Shown here in pieces: positions 62,779-64,000 of a stretch of DNA of 64,000 nt. How positions within the stretch are numbered: the first letter of the stretch is position 1; each line of letters starts with the position of its first letter. The notes beneath the pieces are model-generated. The model was not told where the DNA came from. It ran no database searches and saw only the letters and a list, made by a program, of their open reading frames with translations. The position numbers and the translations under genes were made by a program. Source of the DNA: Obrimoposthia wandeli (taxonomy: Eukaryota); NCBI GenBank assembly GCA_977020255.1, contig CDROCS010002597.1:496001-560000 (forward strand), written 5' to 3'.

Positions 62779-63236
62779 CTAGACAATGGGTCGATTAAAG
62801 CCACGAGCAACGTCGGAGTCCTGGATGTTCTGGACCTCGATTCGGGAGTTTGTCTTCATGACCTGAATGATCTCGTCGATCGTGAGCATCATGCCGATCC
62901 CGGACACACTGAGTGCAGAGACTACCAGAAGCAACAGGCAGATGCAGGACACAAAGATGAGCAAGGCGTGCTGACACTCGTACAGCTGGAGGTCCCTCTG
63001 GATGTAAATTATGTTATGCAGCCGGCGCAAATGGATCGACTGCAGAATGACCTGGAGCAGCATCACCAGGATGATGGACACGTACGAGAAGAGACGACAC
63101 ACTACAATGATCAGGGTGAAAGCGCCCACTGTGATGAAGTTCATGAAGCCGGCAACCATTAGAATCACGCTACCCAAGAAGCCTCCGAACTGGTTTGGTG
63201 ACGAAATACAGTCCAGCACCTGTACTCGTCCGTAAG
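62779..63236 (-). CDS. Terminal exon of a host multi-pass membrane protein (family not recognised)
   Basis: AG acceptor near 63237; GC3-rich codons; about three hydrophobic segments; stop at 62779. Confidence 0.6.
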
Positions 63237-64000
63237 CTATTGGTTTCAGGTACTGCTTTTGCGTTATTTTATTTATTGTATGATAACATATCTTGTGAGG
63301 TTGAAAACTGTCCAGAAATGTTACTCCTTAGTTGTTATTGTTGTTGTTCATTTTATAATTGAACCCTACTCCCTCTTATCAGATAAATATCAAACTTTTA
63401 AGAGAACTATGGCCCTTCTGAAAACATTGCAGAGAATGGTTTCAACAATTTAGAAACTATGATTTTGATCTAAAAAACTAAAAAAGAACATTGATGCAGA
63501 AAAAATGTTTGAAAACCAGAAATTAGAAGTAGTACTTAACGAAGATTCATGTAATAAACTGAAACAATTATTTTTCCTCATATCGAAAAAACGTAAAAGA
63601 ATTTTTAAATAAGATATTTTCGAAAAGTAGCGTTATGAGTCATCATTTTGAGTTTTCGGTGCCACCTCGCTCCTCAGATCTCAATCAAATGCAATGTTTT
63701 CATTTGGAGTTACTTGAAATATAAAGTTTACCAGAAATCAATAAATACTTTAAATTAAGAAAAATAAACAATAAAATGATGTGTTGAAAATATTTATCAA
63801 GACTTACTTTGAAAATTAGTAAATTCAGTACCAACAAGACTTGAAGTTATTATTACCCATAGAGGGGGTTCATATGGAAAAGTGAAAGTAAATAATAAAA
63901 ATTCCAATATTATAATAACATTTTTGAATAAATTAAAATTTATCATTATTTTTTTAATTTTTATAGAACGCACTTATTATCTTATTATTATTCATTTTGA

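Overview
AT-rich animal (probably invertebrate) genomic DNA; the host cannot be identified from the sequence. Three host genes are visible: a stomatin-like first exon, an intact two-exon clan-2 cytochrome P450, and the last exon of a membrane-protein gene. They sit among mostly decayed mobile DNA. The window is dominated by at least four degraded Polinton/Maverick (adintovirus-like) endogenous elements: E1 ~6101-21100, E2 ~21170-27849, a deleted sibling E3 ~39490-41077, and E4 ~49500-56240, plus a third pPolB fragment. Together they encode pPolB, double-jelly-roll major capsid protein, penton, adenain protease, A32-like ATPase, rve integrase and PW/PZ-like core proteins. Their unusual features are short (35-77 nt) spliceosomal introns, two TBP-like genes, a conserved Zn-binding domain upstream of pPolB, a SIM/basic-repeat/AT-hook protein and a BIR remnant. 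The most striking structure is at 46011-47836. Two identical 175-bp direct repeats each contain a complete type I hammerhead ribozyme on the minus strand, and they flank an intact, intronless, antisense 375-aa DEDDh exonuclease ORF. This resembles a protein-coding retrozyme or a Penelope-type pLTR cassette. Also present are Tc1, pogo, hAT, gypsy-gag and foldback-like remnants, a tandem ubiquitin-like ORF and several tandem repeats. All family assignments come from motif recognition by eye; no database searches were run.
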